Shown: positions 38,117 to 52,911, numbered from the stretch's first letter. The stretch is 64,000 bases of DNA from Syntrophales bacterium (GCA_963666365.2 CAXXNF010000002.1:256001-320000); one strand, 5' to 3'. The notes: generated from the letters alone by a model not told the origin. Numbers and translations: made by a program.

Positions 38117-39025
38117 ATGGAACAGGCCGTCGTGAACTTTGAACGACACATTGCAGTTGAAAAAAATCTCTCCGCCCATACCGTCAGAAACTATATCGCG
38201 GATATCAGGCAGTTTGGAGCATTTCTAAAAGGGCGGAGCAAAGAGACCGTTACCGAAATAGATCAGGATGACATACGGTCCTACCTGGCCCGGCTCTACC
38301 GAAGCAAGGTCAAAAAGGCGACAATTTCGCGAAAACTTGCAAGTGTGAGAGCATTTTTCAAATTTCTTCTCCGTGAAGGGAAAATCCGTGAGAACCCCGC
38401 CGAGACGCTGCAGGGCCCTAAGTCGGAAAAATACCTTCCCGCTTTCCTGTCGGTTGACGAAGCCTTCGGGCTCCTGGGAGTGACATTTGCCCCCGACATA
38501 ATGGGATCGCGCGACAAAGCCATGCTTGAAATGCTCTATTCGACCGGTATGCGTGTGGGAGAACTTGCCGGGATGAATGTGAGCGAGGTAGATTTTTCAA
38601 CATCTTTGGCAAGAGTCCGGGGCAAGGGAAGAAAGGAGCGGATGGTGCCCATTGGCGAACCGGCCCTGCGGGCTCTTGAAGCATATCTGGAGAGGAGATG
38701 GGGCGCCTTTCCTGACAGTCGCACCAACGATGGGATGCAGGCGCCGCTATTTCTGAACAGGCGAGGAACGAGGCTTTCCTCGAGAAGCATGGCGCGCATT
38801 CTTGACAAATATGCACGGGCCAGCGGTATGGGAAAGAGGATCAGCCCTCACGTGATGCGGCATACCTTTGCAACGCACCTGTTAGATGCAGGCGCGGACT
38901 TGCGGGCGATTCAGGAACTGTTAGGTCACAAAAGCCTTTCGACGACGCAGAAATACACTTCGCTGAGCCTGTCGAAATTATTGGAAGTATACGATAAAAG
39001 CCATCCGATGGCGCACAAGGGATAA
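38117..39025 (+). CDS. xerC: Tyrosine recombinase XerC
   Basis: '[10 protein letters not shown]', 'GKGRKER', '[10 protein letters not shown]', 'LLGH', 'TQKY'; xerC-hslVU synteny. Confidence 0.9.
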   Translation: MEQAVVNFERHIAVEKNLSAHTVRNYIADIRQFGAFLKGRSKETVTEIDQDDIRSYLARLYRSKVKKATISRKLASVRAFFKFLLREGKIRENPAETLQGPKSEKYLPAFLSVDEAFGLLGVTFAPDIMGSRDKAMLEMLYSTGMRVGELAGMNVSEVDFSTSLARVRGKGRKERMVPIGEPALRALEAYLERRWGAFPDSRTNDGMQAPLFLNRRGTRLSSRSMARILDKYARASGMGKRISPHVMRHTFATHLLDAGADLRAIQELLGHKSLSTTQKYTSLSLSKLLEVYDKSHPMAHKG

Positions 39026-39579
39026 TGACGGAAATGACGATACGAAGTACTACTATTTTGGCAGTCAAACATCGCGGCAAGGTTGTGGTTGCCGGGGACG
39101 GGCAGGTGACCCTGGATATCACCGTACTCAAACACGGGGCACGAAAGGTGCGGAGGCTCTATCACAACAGGGTGATCGTCGGTTTCGCCGGCGCAACCGC
39201 CGATGCCTTCACCCTTTTCGACCGTTTTGATCAAAAATTGGAGCAATACGGCGGCAATCTTCTCAGAGCCGCAGTCGAGCTTACAAAGGACTGGAGAACC
39301 GATCGCGTTCTGCGTCATCTCGAGGCCCTCATGATTGCGGTAAGCGCCGAAGATTCTCTTATAATCTCGGGAAACGGGGATGTAATCGAGTCGGATGATG
39401 ATATCCTGGCAATTGGATCGGGAGGGCCCTACGCATTGGCGGCCGCTCGCGCGCTGGTCGCTCACAGTGAACTCGATACGGTGGAAATTGTAAAAGAGGC
39501 AATGAAAATAGCGGCGGATATTTGCATTTATACAAACCACTCTCTCACTATTGAAGAGTTGGATGTGCCGGAGGAATGA
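39025..39579 (+). CDS. hslV: ATP-dependent protease peptidase subunit HslV
   Basis: 'TTILAV', 'GDGQVT', '[10 protein letters not shown]', 'IGSGG'. Confidence 0.97.
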   Translation: MTEMTIRSTTILAVKHRGKVVVAGDGQVTLDITVLKHGARKVRRLYHNRVIVGFAGATADAFTLFDRFDQKLEQYGGNLLRAAVELTKDWRTDRVLRHLEALMIAVSAEDSLIISGNGDVIESDDDILAIGSGGPYALAAARALVAHSELDTVEIVKEAMKIAADICIYTNHSLTIEELDVPEE

Positions 39580-39726
39580 TCAGGAAGTGACGCAAAGGCA
39601 TCATACATGAGAACCGGTCATGTACCGTCGCATGAGGCAAAACCCCCGTAACGGCCTGAGGCCATGGGGGTTTAATGCTTGTGCCTTGTGCCTACAATGG
39701 AATGAAAAGGAGAACAAAACAGACAT

Positions 39727-42083
<2,357 letters not shown>

Positions 42084-42118
42084 TAAGAGACGGCTTAAAT
42101 ACTGAGGGAAGACCAAAT

Positions 42119-43305
<1,187 letters not shown>

Positions 43306-43309
<4 letters not shown>

Positions 43310-44235
43310 AAAAAGATTTTGTGACGCTCTATGGTCTTGAAAAGGCCGTCATGGATGAAATTATGGATCGGGCCGCGCGGCTGAAGGCATTCAACAAAAA
43401 GGGGATCAGCTATCAGCCCCTGAAGGGGAAGACCCTGGGTATGATCTTTGACAAGTCGTCAACGCGCACGAGACTTTCCTTCGAAGTGGGTATGTATCAG
43501 CTGGGAGGGATCGCAACGTTTCTGAGTCGACGGGATATTCAACTGGGCCGTGGAGAGACTGTGCCCGATACGGCCCGTATTATGTCCTGCTATCTCGATT
43601 GTGTGATGATACGGACATTCGAACAGAGTCTTGTCGATGAATTTGCGCGCTGCGCCTCGATTCCGGTGATCAACGGTCTTACCGATCTGCTTCATCCCTG
43701 TCAGATTGCGGCAGATCTCTTTACCATAAAGGAAAAGAAGCATGCCTGCGAAGGGCTTACCATCGCCTATATAGGGGACGGGAACAATATGGCGAACTCC
43801 TGGATCAATGCGGCGACAGTGCTCCCCTTCAGACTGACGCTGGCCTGTCCCGAAGGGTACGACCCCGACACGACAATTCTCGATCGGGGCATAAAGGAGG
43901 CAAAAAGGGGTGTCGAACTCTTTCGATCTCCCGAAGATGCTGTTCGGAACGCCGATGTGATCTACACCGATGTGTGGGCAAGCATGGGGCAGGAAAGCGA
44001 GCACGAAGCGCGCTTGAAGATTTTTAAAGGGTACCAGGTCAATGACAGGCTGCTGGGCGGTGCGAAACCCGATGCGATTGTGATGCATTGCCTGCCGGCG
44101 CATAGAGGCGAAGAGATAACGGCGGAGGTGCTCGAAGGCCCCCGCTCCGTAGTAATAGATGAAGCGGAAAACAGACTTCACGTGCAAAAAGCAATAATGG
44201 AGATGCTTTTGGAAGGAGGAAAAACAAGTGAGTGA
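43306..44235 (+). CDS. argF: Ornithine carbamoyltransferase
   Basis: 'SSTRTR', 'HPCQ', 'DVWASMGQE', 'HCLP', 'AENRLH'. Confidence 0.97.
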
Positions 44236-45442
44236 ACAGGTTAAAAAAGTAGTTCTTGCCTATTCGGGGGGGTTGGATACGTCGGTGATCGTCAAATGGC
44301 TTCTTGATGTGTTCAATTGTGAGGTCATCGCCTTTGCCGCCGATGTGGGGCAGAAAGAGGAATTGGCCGGTCTTGATAAAAAGGCGATACAGACGGGGGC
44401 AAGTAAAATATATATTGAAGACCTGCGGGAAGAATTTGTGCAGGATTTCGTGTTTCCGGCACTGCGGGCAAACGCCGTCTATGAGGGAACCTATCTTCTG
44501 GGAACATCCCTTGCCCGTCCCCTCATTGCAAAGCGACAGATCGAAATCGCAAGGGCTGAGGGCGCCGATGCCGTATGTCACGGCGCAACGGGTAAAGGAA
44601 ACGACCAGGTCCGGTTCGAAATGACCTATATGGCCCTGAATCCTTCCATACGGATCATTTCGCCCTGGAAGGACGACCGCTGGACCCTCCGGTCCCGCGA
44701 CGCCATGATCGATTATGCGGAGCAACACAACATTCCTGTCACCATCACAAAGAAGAAACCCTACAGTGAGGACAGGAATCTTCTGCACATATCCCATGAA
44801 GGCGGCATCCTGGAGGACCTGTGGTCGGAGCCGCCGGAAGATATGTTTGTGTTGACCCAGTCGCCGGAGAAAGCCCCCGAAAGGCCCACCTACATGGAGC
44901 TTGATTTCGAACGGGGAAACCCCGTGGCCGTTGACGGAAAGGCCATGAGTCCGGCTTCGCTGCTGGACTATGTCAACGAAGCGGCAGGCGTCAACGGTAT
45001 CGGACGGCTCGATATGGTGGAAAACCGGTTCGTGGGCATGAAATCGCGCGGCGTCTATGAAACTCCCGGCGGCACGCTTCTGTGGAGAGCGCACCGCGCC
45101 ATGGAGACGATTACGATGGACAGGGAAGTCATGCTGCTGAGGGATTCCCTCATTCCCAAGTACGCACAGCTTGCCTATAACGGTTTCTGGTACGCGCCCG
45201 AGATGGTGTTGCTGCAGAAACTGATAGACGAGTCCCAGGCGACGGTGAACGGCACGGTCCGTATGAAGCTTTACAAGGGGAATTGCACCCCGGTGGGATT
45301 GAAATCTCCTGATTCATTATACCGTGAAGATTTTGCCACCTTTGACCAGGACGCCGTCTACGACCATAAAGATGCAACCGGGTTTATCCGGCTCAACGCC
45401 CTGAGGATGAAAATCAGGGCGCTGAAAGAGGCTGAAAAGTAG
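44228..45442 (+). CDS. argG: Argininosuccinate synthase
   Basis: '[10 protein letters not shown]', '[13 protein letters not shown]', '[11 protein letters not shown]'. Confidence 0.97.
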   Translation: MSEQVKKVVLAYSGGLDTSVIVKWLLDVFNCEVIAFAADVGQKEELAGLDKKAIQTGASKIYIEDLREEFVQDFVFPALRANAVYEGTYLLGTSLARPLIAKRQIEIARAEGADAVCHGATGKGNDQVRFEMTYMALNPSIRIISPWKDDRWTLRSRDAMIDYAEQHNIPVTITKKKPYSEDRNLLHISHEGGILEDLWSEPPEDMFVLTQSPEKAPERPTYMELDFERGNPVAVDGKAMSPASLLDYVNEAAGVNGIGRLDMVENRFVGMKSRGVYETPGGTLLWRAHRAMETITMDREVMLLRDSLIPKYAQLAYNGFWYAPEMVLLQKLIDESQATVNGTVRMKLYKGNCTPVGLKSPDSLYREDFATFDQDAVYDHKDATGFIRLNALRMKIRALKEAEK

Positions 45443-45447
45443 ATGTT

Positions 45448-46833
45448 ATGACGAACAAAAAACCCTGGGGCGGTCGATTCAAGGAAACCACCGACAGCCG
45501 CGTGGAAGCGTTTACCGCCTCTATTCACTATGATCGGCGTCTCTTTCGCCACGACATCGCCGGGAGCATTGCCCACGCAAGGATGCTGGCGAAGGTGGGC
45601 ATTATCACCGAGGCGGAAGCCGACCGGATCGTGTCCGCTCTTGAGGGCATTTGCGATGACATGGAAAAAGGCGCCTTCACCTTCAGGCAGGATCTGGAAG
45701 ACATTCACATGACGGTGGAGAGCGCCCTGACCGAGCGAATCGGCGAGACAGGAGGGAAACTCCATACAGCCCGAAGCAGAAACGATCAGGTGGCCCTGGA
45801 CATGCGGCTCTACCTCAGGGAGGAGATAGTGCATGTCATCGGACTGATCGGGCAGTTGAAAAAAACCCTGGTCGAGAGGGCAAAGGAAGAGATCGACACC
45901 GTCATGCCAGGGTATACCCACCTGCAGAAGGCCCAGCCGGTGCTGCTCTCCCATCACCTTCTGGCCTATTGGGAAATGTTCCATCGAGACGAACTGCGTC
46001 TGCACTCATGTCATGAGCGGGTCAATGTGATGCCCCTGGGATCGGCGGCCCTTGCCGGCACAAGCATTCCCATTGATCGGGCCTATGTGGCGGAGCTTCT
46101 CGAGTTCCCGAGTATTTCAGGGAACAGTATGGACGCCGTTTCGGACCGGGATTTTGTGGCGGAATTCATTTTTGATGCGTCGCTTGTCATGATGCACCTT
46201 TCCCGTTTCTGCGAAGATCTCATCCTCTGGTCCACCGACCGGTTCGACTTTGTGGAAATGGCCGATTCCTTCACTACGGGAAGCAGCATAATGCCGCAGA
46301 AGAAAAATCCTGATGTGGCGGAACTGATACGGGGAAAAACAGGGCGCGTATACGGCAGTCTGATGTCCATTCTGACCGTGATGAAGGGACTTCCCATGAC
46401 CTATGATCGCGACCTTCAGGAGGATAAAGAGCCCTTGTTCGATACGGTGGATACGGTGAAGGCAAGTCTCGAAGTCTTTGAGGCGCTGGTGGGGGCTCTC
46501 GCATTCAATAAAGAGAGGATGGAGGAAGAGGCCCTGGAGGGATTTGCGGCGGCGACCGATGTGGCCGAATACCTCGTAACCAAAGGGATGCCCTTTCGGA
46601 AGGCCCATCATATTGTGGGGCAACTGGTCGGGTATTGTCTCGATCAAAAAAAGGACTTTGCCGCGTTAAGGCTTGACGAAATCAGGAATTTCTATGACGG
46701 GGCGACGGAGGAGATATTTCAGTATTTCGATATTCATAAATCGGTTGAACGACGATCGGCTGTCGGGGGGACGGCACGCGACGCGGTGCTTCGAAGAATC
46801 AGGGAAATTGAAGAGACCTATGGATCAGTATAG
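45448..46833 (+). CDS. argH: Argininosuccinate lyase
   Basis: 'WGGRF', 'RSRNDQV', 'GYTHLQ', 'GSSIMPQKKNPD'. Confidence 0.97.
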   Translation: MTNKKPWGGRFKETTDSRVEAFTASIHYDRRLFRHDIAGSIAHARMLAKVGIITEAEADRIVSALEGICDDMEKGAFTFRQDLEDIHMTVESALTERIGETGGKLHTARSRNDQVALDMRLYLREEIVHVIGLIGQLKKTLVERAKEEIDTVMPGYTHLQKAQPVLLSHHLLAYWEMFHRDELRLHSCHERVNVMPLGSAALAGTSIPIDRAYVAELLEFPSISGNSMDAVSDRDFVAEFIFDASLVMMHLSRFCEDLILWSTDRFDFVEMADSFTTGSSIMPQKKNPDVAELIRGKTGRVYGSLMSILTVMKGLPMTYDRDLQEDKEPLFDTVDTVKASLEVFEALVGALAFNKERMEEEALEGFAAATDVAEYLVTKGMPFRKAHHIVGQLVGYCLDQKKDFAALRLDEIRNFYDGATEEIFQYFDIHKSVERRSAVGGTARDAVLRRIREIEETYGSV

Positions 46834-47272
46834 CCGAAAGGCACTATACGCCGGTATCGCCTTGTTGCTCTCTCTTATTGTTGCCGCAGCTGGATGCGGT
46901 AAAAAGGGGGACCCCCGGTTCACCGGCATAGGAAGGGGAATTCCGGCGCCCGTCCAGGATCTCAGAGTGCATCTGGAAGGCGGAGCGCCCCTTTTACAGT
47001 GGAGCGGGAGCTGGGAAGATGCGGCTGAGCTCAGGTTTAGGATTCTGCGAAGCGCTCTTCGACGGGGTGACTGCATTGAATGCCCCCATGAGTTTTCCGA
47101 ACTTGCAGAGCAGGACGGGAGCGAGCTTGTGCGCGAAAAAGAGGGGGGTGCGGCATGGCGTTATCGGGACAGCTCCGCGGGCACAGGGAAAGGGTATATC
47201 TACAGGGTCGTCGTCTGTGATCGCTTCGGCAACTGCAGCGATCCTTCAAATGCTGTAACAGTCGGCCGATAA
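46820..47272 (+). CDS. Lipoprotein with fibronectin-III-like domain (YifL/LptM-type lipobox)
   Basis: Signal peptide and 'AAGCGKKGDP' lipobox, CxxC 'CIECP', 'YIYRVV..SDPSN'; lies between argH and lysA. Confidence 0.75.
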   Translation: MDQYSRKALYAGIALLLSLIVAAAGCGKKGDPRFTGIGRGIPAPVQDLRVHLEGGAPLLQWSGSWEDAAELRFRILRSALRRGDCIECPHEFSELAEQDGSELVREKEGGAAWRYRDSSAGTGKGYIYRVVVCDRFGNCSDPSNAVTVGR

Positions 47273-47392
47273 GGGGCGGCGAAGATTTTTTCAAAAACAG
47301 TGGCATAAAGCCCTTGAGATTGAGCGGGGAGAATTTTCCCTTTCTGAAGACGGAGAAAAGGAACTACAAGAATGAAGGGGAACGCCGGATAG

Positions 47393-48649
47393 ATGAATTA
47401 TTTTCATTATGTCGACAATGAACTTTTTTGCGAGGATGTGCCGGTAGCGCGGATTGCCGAACGTGAAGGCACGCCCTTTTATCTATACAGTCTGAAAACA
47501 CTGAAGAGGCACTACCGGGTGTTTGATCAGGCCTTCACCGAAGTGCCGCACCTGATATGCTTTTCCGCAAAGGCCAATTCCAATATTGCAATCCTGAAGG
47601 CCCTTGTCAACGATGGGGGAGGCGTGGATATCGTGTCCGGAGGAGAACTGTACCGGGCGTGCAAGGCCGGTGCGGATCCCCAGAAGATTGTCTATTCCGG
47701 TGTGGGGAAGCGCATCGATGAAATAGAATATGCGCTTGCCACGGGAATATTGATGTTTAACATCGAATCGTCGCAGGAGCTGGAAGCAATCAACAGCGTT
47801 GCGAGAAAAGTGGGCAAAAGAGCGCCCATCGCACTGCGCGTCAATCCCGATGTGAATCCCATGACCCATCCCCATATATCCACGGGAATGAAGGAAAACA
47901 AGTTCGGTATCGACATAGAAGGATCACTTGAAGCCTACCGGTGGGCCCGCACGCTCGACCATATAGACATTATCGGAATGGACTGCCATATCGGATCGCA
48001 GATTACCGAAATTACACCCTTTCTTGATGCCCTTGATCGTCTGAAGCGGCTCATTGTTACTCTCCATCATGAGGGAATTGTAATTCGCTATCTCGATATG
48101 GGCGGTGGACTGGGCATTACCTACGACAGGGAGGAGCCGCCCCATCCGAAGGAATATGCCCGCGCGATACTGCAAAAGACCGGTGACATGGACTGTACCT
48201 TTATCTTCGAGCCCGGAAGGGTCATTGCTGGAAACACGGGAATTCTCGTCACCAAAGTGCTTTATACGAAGAAGAGGGAAGATAAAAATTTTATTATTGT
48301 TGATGCCGGCATGAACGACCTTATCCGTCCCAGCCTTTACGGTTCCTATCACCAGATCCAGCCGGTGAAGCGGAAGGAAGGAGCGTTGATTGTTGCGGAT
48401 GTGGTGGGACCCATTTGCGAATCGGGCGACTTCATTGTAAAGGCGAGAGAAATGCCGCCATTTGAGCGTGACGATCTCATTGCGGTGATGAGTGCGGGTG
48501 CATACGGATTTACCATGTCGTCAAACTATAATTCGAGACCGCGCGTTGCCGAGATACTGGTACAGGGGGATCGTGTGGATGTGATACGGGAACGGGAAGG
48601 CTATGCAGATCTTACGGACAATGAGAGGATTCCCGATTATCTGCTCTAG
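47393..48649 (+). CDS. lysA: Diaminopimelate decarboxylase
   Basis: 'SAKAN', 'DIVSGGEL', 'HIGSQI', 'GGGLG', 'EPGR', 'GPICESGD'. Confidence 0.97.
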   Translation: MNYFHYVDNELFCEDVPVARIAEREGTPFYLYSLKTLKRHYRVFDQAFTEVPHLICFSAKANSNIAILKALVNDGGGVDIVSGGELYRACKAGADPQKIVYSGVGKRIDEIEYALATGILMFNIESSQELEAINSVARKVGKRAPIALRVNPDVNPMTHPHISTGMKENKFGIDIEGSLEAYRWARTLDHIDIIGMDCHIGSQITEITPFLDALDRLKRLIVTLHHEGIVIRYLDMGGGLGITYDREEPPHPKEYARAILQKTGDMDCTFIFEPGRVIAGNTGILVTKVLYTKKREDKNFIIVDAGMNDLIRPSLYGSYHQIQPVKRKEGALIVADVVGPICESGDFIVKAREMPPFERDDLIAVMSAGAYGFTMSSNYNSRPRVAEILVQGDRVDVIREREGYADLTDNERIPDYLL

Positions 48650-48729
48650 GATCTGCAAACGCCCTTACAAGGGTGAGAATTACATTAAAAAAAGCGATGA
48701 GCAAGTAACGGTCTACAAGGAGGATAGAT

Positions 48730-49608
48730 ATGTTCGGAGGAGCAATCGTAGCAATTGTGACACCTTTCAAAAACGGGGAAGTCGACGAAGCAAGGCTGAG
48801 AGAGCTGATCGAGTTCCAGATTGAAAACGGAACGGACGGCATTGTCCCCTGCGGCACTACAGGGGAGTCAACGACTCTTTCTCATGAAGAGCATGACCGG
48901 GTGATTGAAATTACGATTGATGCCGTGAAAAAAAGGGTTCCCGTCATCGCTGGCACGGGATCGAACAGCACCGCCGAAGCAATCAGGCTTACCAGGCATG
49001 CCTATGAGGCCGGCGCCGATGGGGTGCTCATGGTATCACCTTATTACAACAAACCCAGCCAGGAAGGACTCTATCAGCATTTCAAGGCGGTTGCTGACGC
49101 GGTGCCCGTTCCCATTATCCTCTACAATGTGCCGGGAAGAACGAGCAGCAATGTGCTGCCCGAAACGGTGGCCCGGCTGTCAAAAATCAGCAACATTGTA
49201 GGAATCAAAGAGGCAACCGGCGATCTGCGTCAGATAAGTTCCGTGGCGGCCTTATCTGAAAAGGATTTTTACATCCTCTCCGGTGATGACTTTACCGTCC
49301 TGCCCATTATGGCGATAGGGGGGAAGGGCGTCATCTCGGTAGTCGCGAATGTGATACCGGCGGATATGGCCGCGATGGTCGACGCCTATAATGCCGGCAA
49401 TACTGATGAGGCCCGGAGACTTCATTTTAAGATGTGGCCCTTCATGGAAGCCTGTTTTTATGAAACAAACCCGATTCCGGTAAAAGCGGCACTTGCCATT
49501 ACAGGAAAGATCGAGTACGAATACCGGCTCCCGCTGTGTCCTCTGTCCAATGCGAATTATGAAAAGCTGAGAAAGGTGATGGTCGACTACGGACTGATAG
49601 ACCGTTAA
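48730..49608 (+). CDS. dapA: 4-hydroxy-tetrahydrodipicolinate synthase
   Basis: 'GTTGES', 'PYYNKP', 'YNVPGRT', 'GIKEA', 'TNPIPVK'. Confidence 0.97.
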   Translation: MFGGAIVAIVTPFKNGEVDEARLRELIEFQIENGTDGIVPCGTTGESTTLSHEEHDRVIEITIDAVKKRVPVIAGTGSNSTAEAIRLTRHAYEAGADGVLMVSPYYNKPSQEGLYQHFKAVADAVPVPIILYNVPGRTSSNVLPETVARLSKISNIVGIKEATGDLRQISSVAALSEKDFYILSGDDFTVLPIMAIGGKGVISVVANVIPADMAAMVDAYNAGNTDEARRLHFKMWPFMEACFYETNPIPVKAALAITGKIEYEYRLPLCPLSNANYEKLRKVMVDYGLIDR

Positions 49609-49675
49609 GGGGACCTGTGTTCCGCCTGGAACAAGAGCACTGTCGAAAGAACGCACGGAAAGAAGGAGCGATGCC

Positions 49676-50482
49676 ATGGTAAAAGCAATTGTCATGGGGG
49701 CAGGCGGCAAGATGGGGGGAAGGATTGCAACCCTCATTGCCGCCGCCGACGGGATTGAAGTTGCCGGCGCCGTTGAGGTGGCCGGCCACTCTCTCATAGG
49801 CGCTGACATCGGCGACGCGCTTGCCCTGGGGCGGACGGGCGTCGTGGTGAGCGACACACTCGACGCCTGTATCGAACACGGTGACGTGGTGATAGATTTC
49901 ACTCATCACGACGCAGCGGTACACAATGTCAGGATTGCGGCGGATCATGGAAAGGCCATCGTCATCGGCACCACCGGTCTGACCTCGGAAGAGACGGCGG
50001 AGCTGGAAAGCCTTGCGAGGAAAACCCGTTGCGTGCTGGCGCCGAATATGAGCGTGGGCGTTAATGTGATGCTGAAAGTGCTCGATTCGGTGGCGCGCAT
50101 CCTCGGCGACGACTATGATGTGGAGATCGTGGAGGCCCATCATAATCTGAAGAAAGATGCACCGAGCGGCACCGCGATGAAAATGGCCCAGTGCATAGCC
50201 GAAGCACTGGGAAGAAACCTCGAAGAGGTTGGAAACTACGGTCGTAAGGGCATGATTGGTGCGCGGCCGAAGCCGGAGATCGGCATACAGACGGTCCGCG
50301 CCGGTGATATCGTGGGCGAGCACACGGTGATATTCGGCGGCATGGGAGAACGGCTGGAGTTTATTCACCGGGCCCACAGCAGGGATAATTTTGCCCGGGG
50401 CGCCGTCAGGGCTGCCCTGTGGATCATGGGACAGCCCAATGGTCTCTATGATATGCAGGACGTGCTCGGCCTGAAGGATTGA
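49676..50482 (+). CDS. dapB: 4-hydroxy-tetrahydrodipicolinate reductase
   Basis: 'GAGGKMG', 'IGTTG', 'EAHHNLKKDAPSGTA'. Confidence 0.97.
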   Translation: MVKAIVMGAGGKMGGRIATLIAAADGIEVAGAVEVAGHSLIGADIGDALALGRTGVVVSDTLDACIEHGDVVIDFTHHDAAVHNVRIAADHGKAIVIGTTGLTSEETAELESLARKTRCVLAPNMSVGVNVMLKVLDSVARILGDDYDVEIVEAHHNLKKDAPSGTAMKMAQCIAEALGRNLEEVGNYGRKGMIGARPKPEIGIQTVRAGDIVGEHTVIFGGMGERLEFIHRAHSRDNFARGAVRAALWIMGQPNGLYDMQDVLGLKD

Positions 50483-50501
50483 GTGCAGGCATGGATGTGC
50501 A

Positions 50502-51029
50502 GTGAGACGCGACGGGTTTGATATCGTCTCTTTTCTTGGAGTCGGTTCCAACATGGGGGATGCCCCTGCGAACTGTCGAAACGCCTTTGCACGGATCGGC
50601 GCCTGTGAAGGGATCAGCCTCCTTCGAACATCGTCGCTCTACCTGACGGAACCGGTGGGAGACATGCAGCAGAACTGGTTCGTGAATGCCGTCTGCGAAA
50701 TCAGGACGACGCTTTTACCTGAGAGTCTTCTTTCAAAAACCCGGGAGATAGAGCAGGTGATGGGCCGTCTTGAAAAGGGAACCGGTGGTCCCCGTACAAT
50801 CGACATAGACATCCTGCTGTACGGCCAGGAGGTCATAGCATCACGGAATCTGGCAATCCCTCATGCCGCGCTTCACAGGAGAGGCTTTGTCCTTGTTCCT
50901 TTAAATGAACTGGCGCCCTATGCGGTACACCCGCTCTATGGCATTTCCATGCGGGGGCTTCTGGAGCGGCTGGAGGATGACAAGAGGGTTGAGAGATTAG
51001 AAGAAGGCGACGGGCGTTTCCGTCACTGA
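50502..51029 (+). CDS. folK: 2-amino-4-hydroxy-6-hydroxymethyldihydropteridine diphosphokinase
   Basis: 'GVGSNMG', 'GPRTIDIDILLY', 'IPH...RGFVLVPL'. Confidence 0.95.
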   Translation: MRRDGFDIVSFLGVGSNMGDAPANCRNAFARIGACEGISLLRTSSLYLTEPVGDMQQNWFVNAVCEIRTTLLPESLLSKTREIEQVMGRLEKGTGGPRTIDIDILLYGQEVIASRNLAIPHAALHRRGFVLVPLNELAPYAVHPLYGISMRGLLERLEDDKRVERLEEGDGRFRH

Positions 51030-51090
51030 CTTCAGTGGTGACGGGAATGAGAGGTTTCTCGGGGTTCCGGCGGTGTCGGGGTAACATGTC

Positions 51091-51354
51091 ATGATTATTC
51101 GTTTAATAGTTGCCATTGTGATTGTATATCTGCTATACCGTATCGGCAAGATAGTCTTTCTTCCCCGACAGGAGAGGCGAAGTGCCTTTCCTGGACGGCG
51201 TTCGGAGATCGGAAACGAAGATCTGGTGAAAGATCCTCAGTGCGGTGTCTATGTGCCCATTGGCAGCGCAGTTCGGACAACTATTCGGGGGGAGACGCTC
51301 TATTTCTGCAGCAAAGAATGTCGTGACGCCTACCTGGCGCACCACAGAGAATAA
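51091..51354 (+). CDS. Membrane-anchored YHS/TRASH-domain protein
   Basis: N-terminal TM helix, 'LVKDPQCGVYV...YFCSKEC'. Confidence 0.85.
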   Translation: MIIRLIVAIVIVYLLYRIGKIVFLPRQERRSAFPGRRSEIGNEDLVKDPQCGVYVPIGSAVRTTIRGETLYFCSKECRDAYLAHHRE

Positions 51355-51380
51355 ACTCGACAGCATTCGAGTAAATGGGC

Positions 51381-51514
51381 GAGACCTTTGCATAATTCCC
51401 TTTTCTGTCATTCCGGGCTTGACCCGGAATACAGAAAGTGCTTGAAAAAACTGAATACCGACCTTCACCGGTATGACGAAATTGACCATTTTATGAGGTT
51501 CTGCAAAGCGTCTC
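51381..51514. mobile_element. Non-autonomous palindromic element (MITE/REP-like) with terminal inverted repeats
   Basis: Ends GAGACCTTTGCA ... TGCAAAGCGTCTC (1-nt indel) enclosing GTCATTCCGGGCTTGACCCGGAAT and an inverted degenerate copy ending CCGGTATGAC. Confidence 0.7.
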
Positions 51515-51623
51515 CGGGCGGCAACGCGGCCGCGTAAAAAAATATTACTTGTTCCGTGCAGGCAATCCTGTGTACATCGTATACTTCACAAGTGTGACAT
51601 GATTATTACGGAGGATGATGAGT

Positions 51624-52271
51624 ATGAAATTTTTTCTCGATACGGGGAACATCGAAGAAATCAAAGAGGGGCTTTCCATGGGGATGGTGGACGGGGTAAC
51701 CACTAACCCGAGCCTCGTTTCTAAAGAAAAAAAAGATTTTGATACGGTTGTGCGTGAGATACTTGCGGTGGTGAAAGGTCCCGTGAGTCTCGAAGTGATA
51801 AGCGAGCACTCGTCCGGCATGATTGAAGAGGGAAGACAGCTTGCAGCGCGGGCCTCAAATGTGGTGGTGAAAATCCCCATGACAGTGGAAGGATTGAAAG
51901 CCACCAAGGCATTGAAGGATGAGGGAATTGCCGTAAATCAGACGCTTGTGTTTTCTCCCCTTCAGGCCCTTCTTGCCGCAAAGGCGGGCGCCGCCTATGT
52001 GAGCCCCTTCATCGGAAGACTCGATGACATATCCCATTACGGCATGGATCTGGTGGAACAGATAATTACTATTTTCAGCAACTATGCCTTCGAATGCCAG
52101 GTGCTCGTGGCCAGTGTGCGCAATCCGGTCCATGTGCTTGACGCGGCCATGATGGGCGCCGATGTGGCAACCATCCCTTTCAGCGTCATGAAGCAGCTGG
52201 CAAACCACCCATTAACCGATGCGGGGCTTAAAAAGTTTCTGGCGGACTGGGAGAAAGTGCCCGGAAAATAA
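51624..52271 (+). CDS. Transaldolase / fructose-6-phosphate aldolase (short TalC/Fsa type)
   Basis: 'FFLDTG', 'GVTTNPSL', 'VVKIP', '[11 protein letters not shown]', 'ASVR'. Confidence 0.93.
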   Translation: MKFFLDTGNIEEIKEGLSMGMVDGVTTNPSLVSKEKKDFDTVVREILAVVKGPVSLEVISEHSSGMIEEGRQLAARASNVVVKIPMTVEGLKATKALKDEGIAVNQTLVFSPLQALLAAKAGAAYVSPFIGRLDDISHYGMDLVEQIITIFSNYAFECQVLVASVRNPVHVLDAAMMGADVATIPFSVMKQLANHPLTDAGLKKFLADWEKVPGK

Positions 52272-52276
52272 GGCAA

Positions 52277-52879
52277 ATGATTGACACCTTAAAAAGATAC
52301 TTCGACCGATTGCCCATTCCTCATGAGAAAAGGGAGATTTTCAATCTACCCAACTGTATTACCATGCTCAGAATCGGGGTGATTCCCATTCTGTTCCTGT
52401 TGATTCTTTCACCGGGGAGGATGTTGAGCCTGATCATCGCGATTTTATTTATTATCGCCGCCCTGACGGATCTGCTTGACGGGTACATTGCCCGGAAATA
52501 CAACATTGTGACCACCATGGGGAAACTGCTGGACCCTATTGCCGACAAGCTCATCGTCAGCACCGCCATGATCATGATGATTCCCATCGGACGCATACCG
52601 GCCTGGGTCGTGGCGATCATTATCATGCGCGATGTGATTGTCGACGGCATACGGAGCATCGCGTCATCCGACGGCATCATCATGCAGGCGAGCGCCCTGG
52701 GCAAACGAAAAACCCTCTGCCAGATCATCGCAGTTTCGGCGTTGTTGATCCACTATCCCCTCTTCGGACTTGACGCCCATGTGGTGGGAAGCGTGGTGCT
52801 TTATGTGGCCCTTGTCCTCACCCTGTGGTCGGGAGTGGATTACGCAATGAAGTTTCACAAGGCGGCCTTTAAAAAATAA
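52277..52879 (+). CDS. pgsA: CDP-diacylglycerol--glycerol-3-phosphate 3-phosphatidyltransferase
   Basis: 'NLPNCIT', 'TDLLDGYIAR...GKLLDPIADK'. Confidence 0.95.
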   Translation: MIDTLKRYFDRLPIPHEKREIFNLPNCITMLRIGVIPILFLLILSPGRMLSLIIAILFIIAALTDLLDGYIARKYNIVTTMGKLLDPIADKLIVSTAMIMMIPIGRIPAWVVAIIIMRDVIVDGIRSIASSDGIIMQASALGKRKTLCQIIAVSALLIHYPLFGLDAHVVGSVVLYVALVLTLWSGVDYAMKFHKAAFKK

Positions 52880-52911
52880 TGAAACGTGGACACCGATCAC
52901 AAAAGTTTTTG

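Noticed and set aside
38117..39025. Tyrosine recombinase as a prophage or island integrase
   Set aside because: Length, motifs and xerC-hslVU-argB context indicate housekeeping XerC
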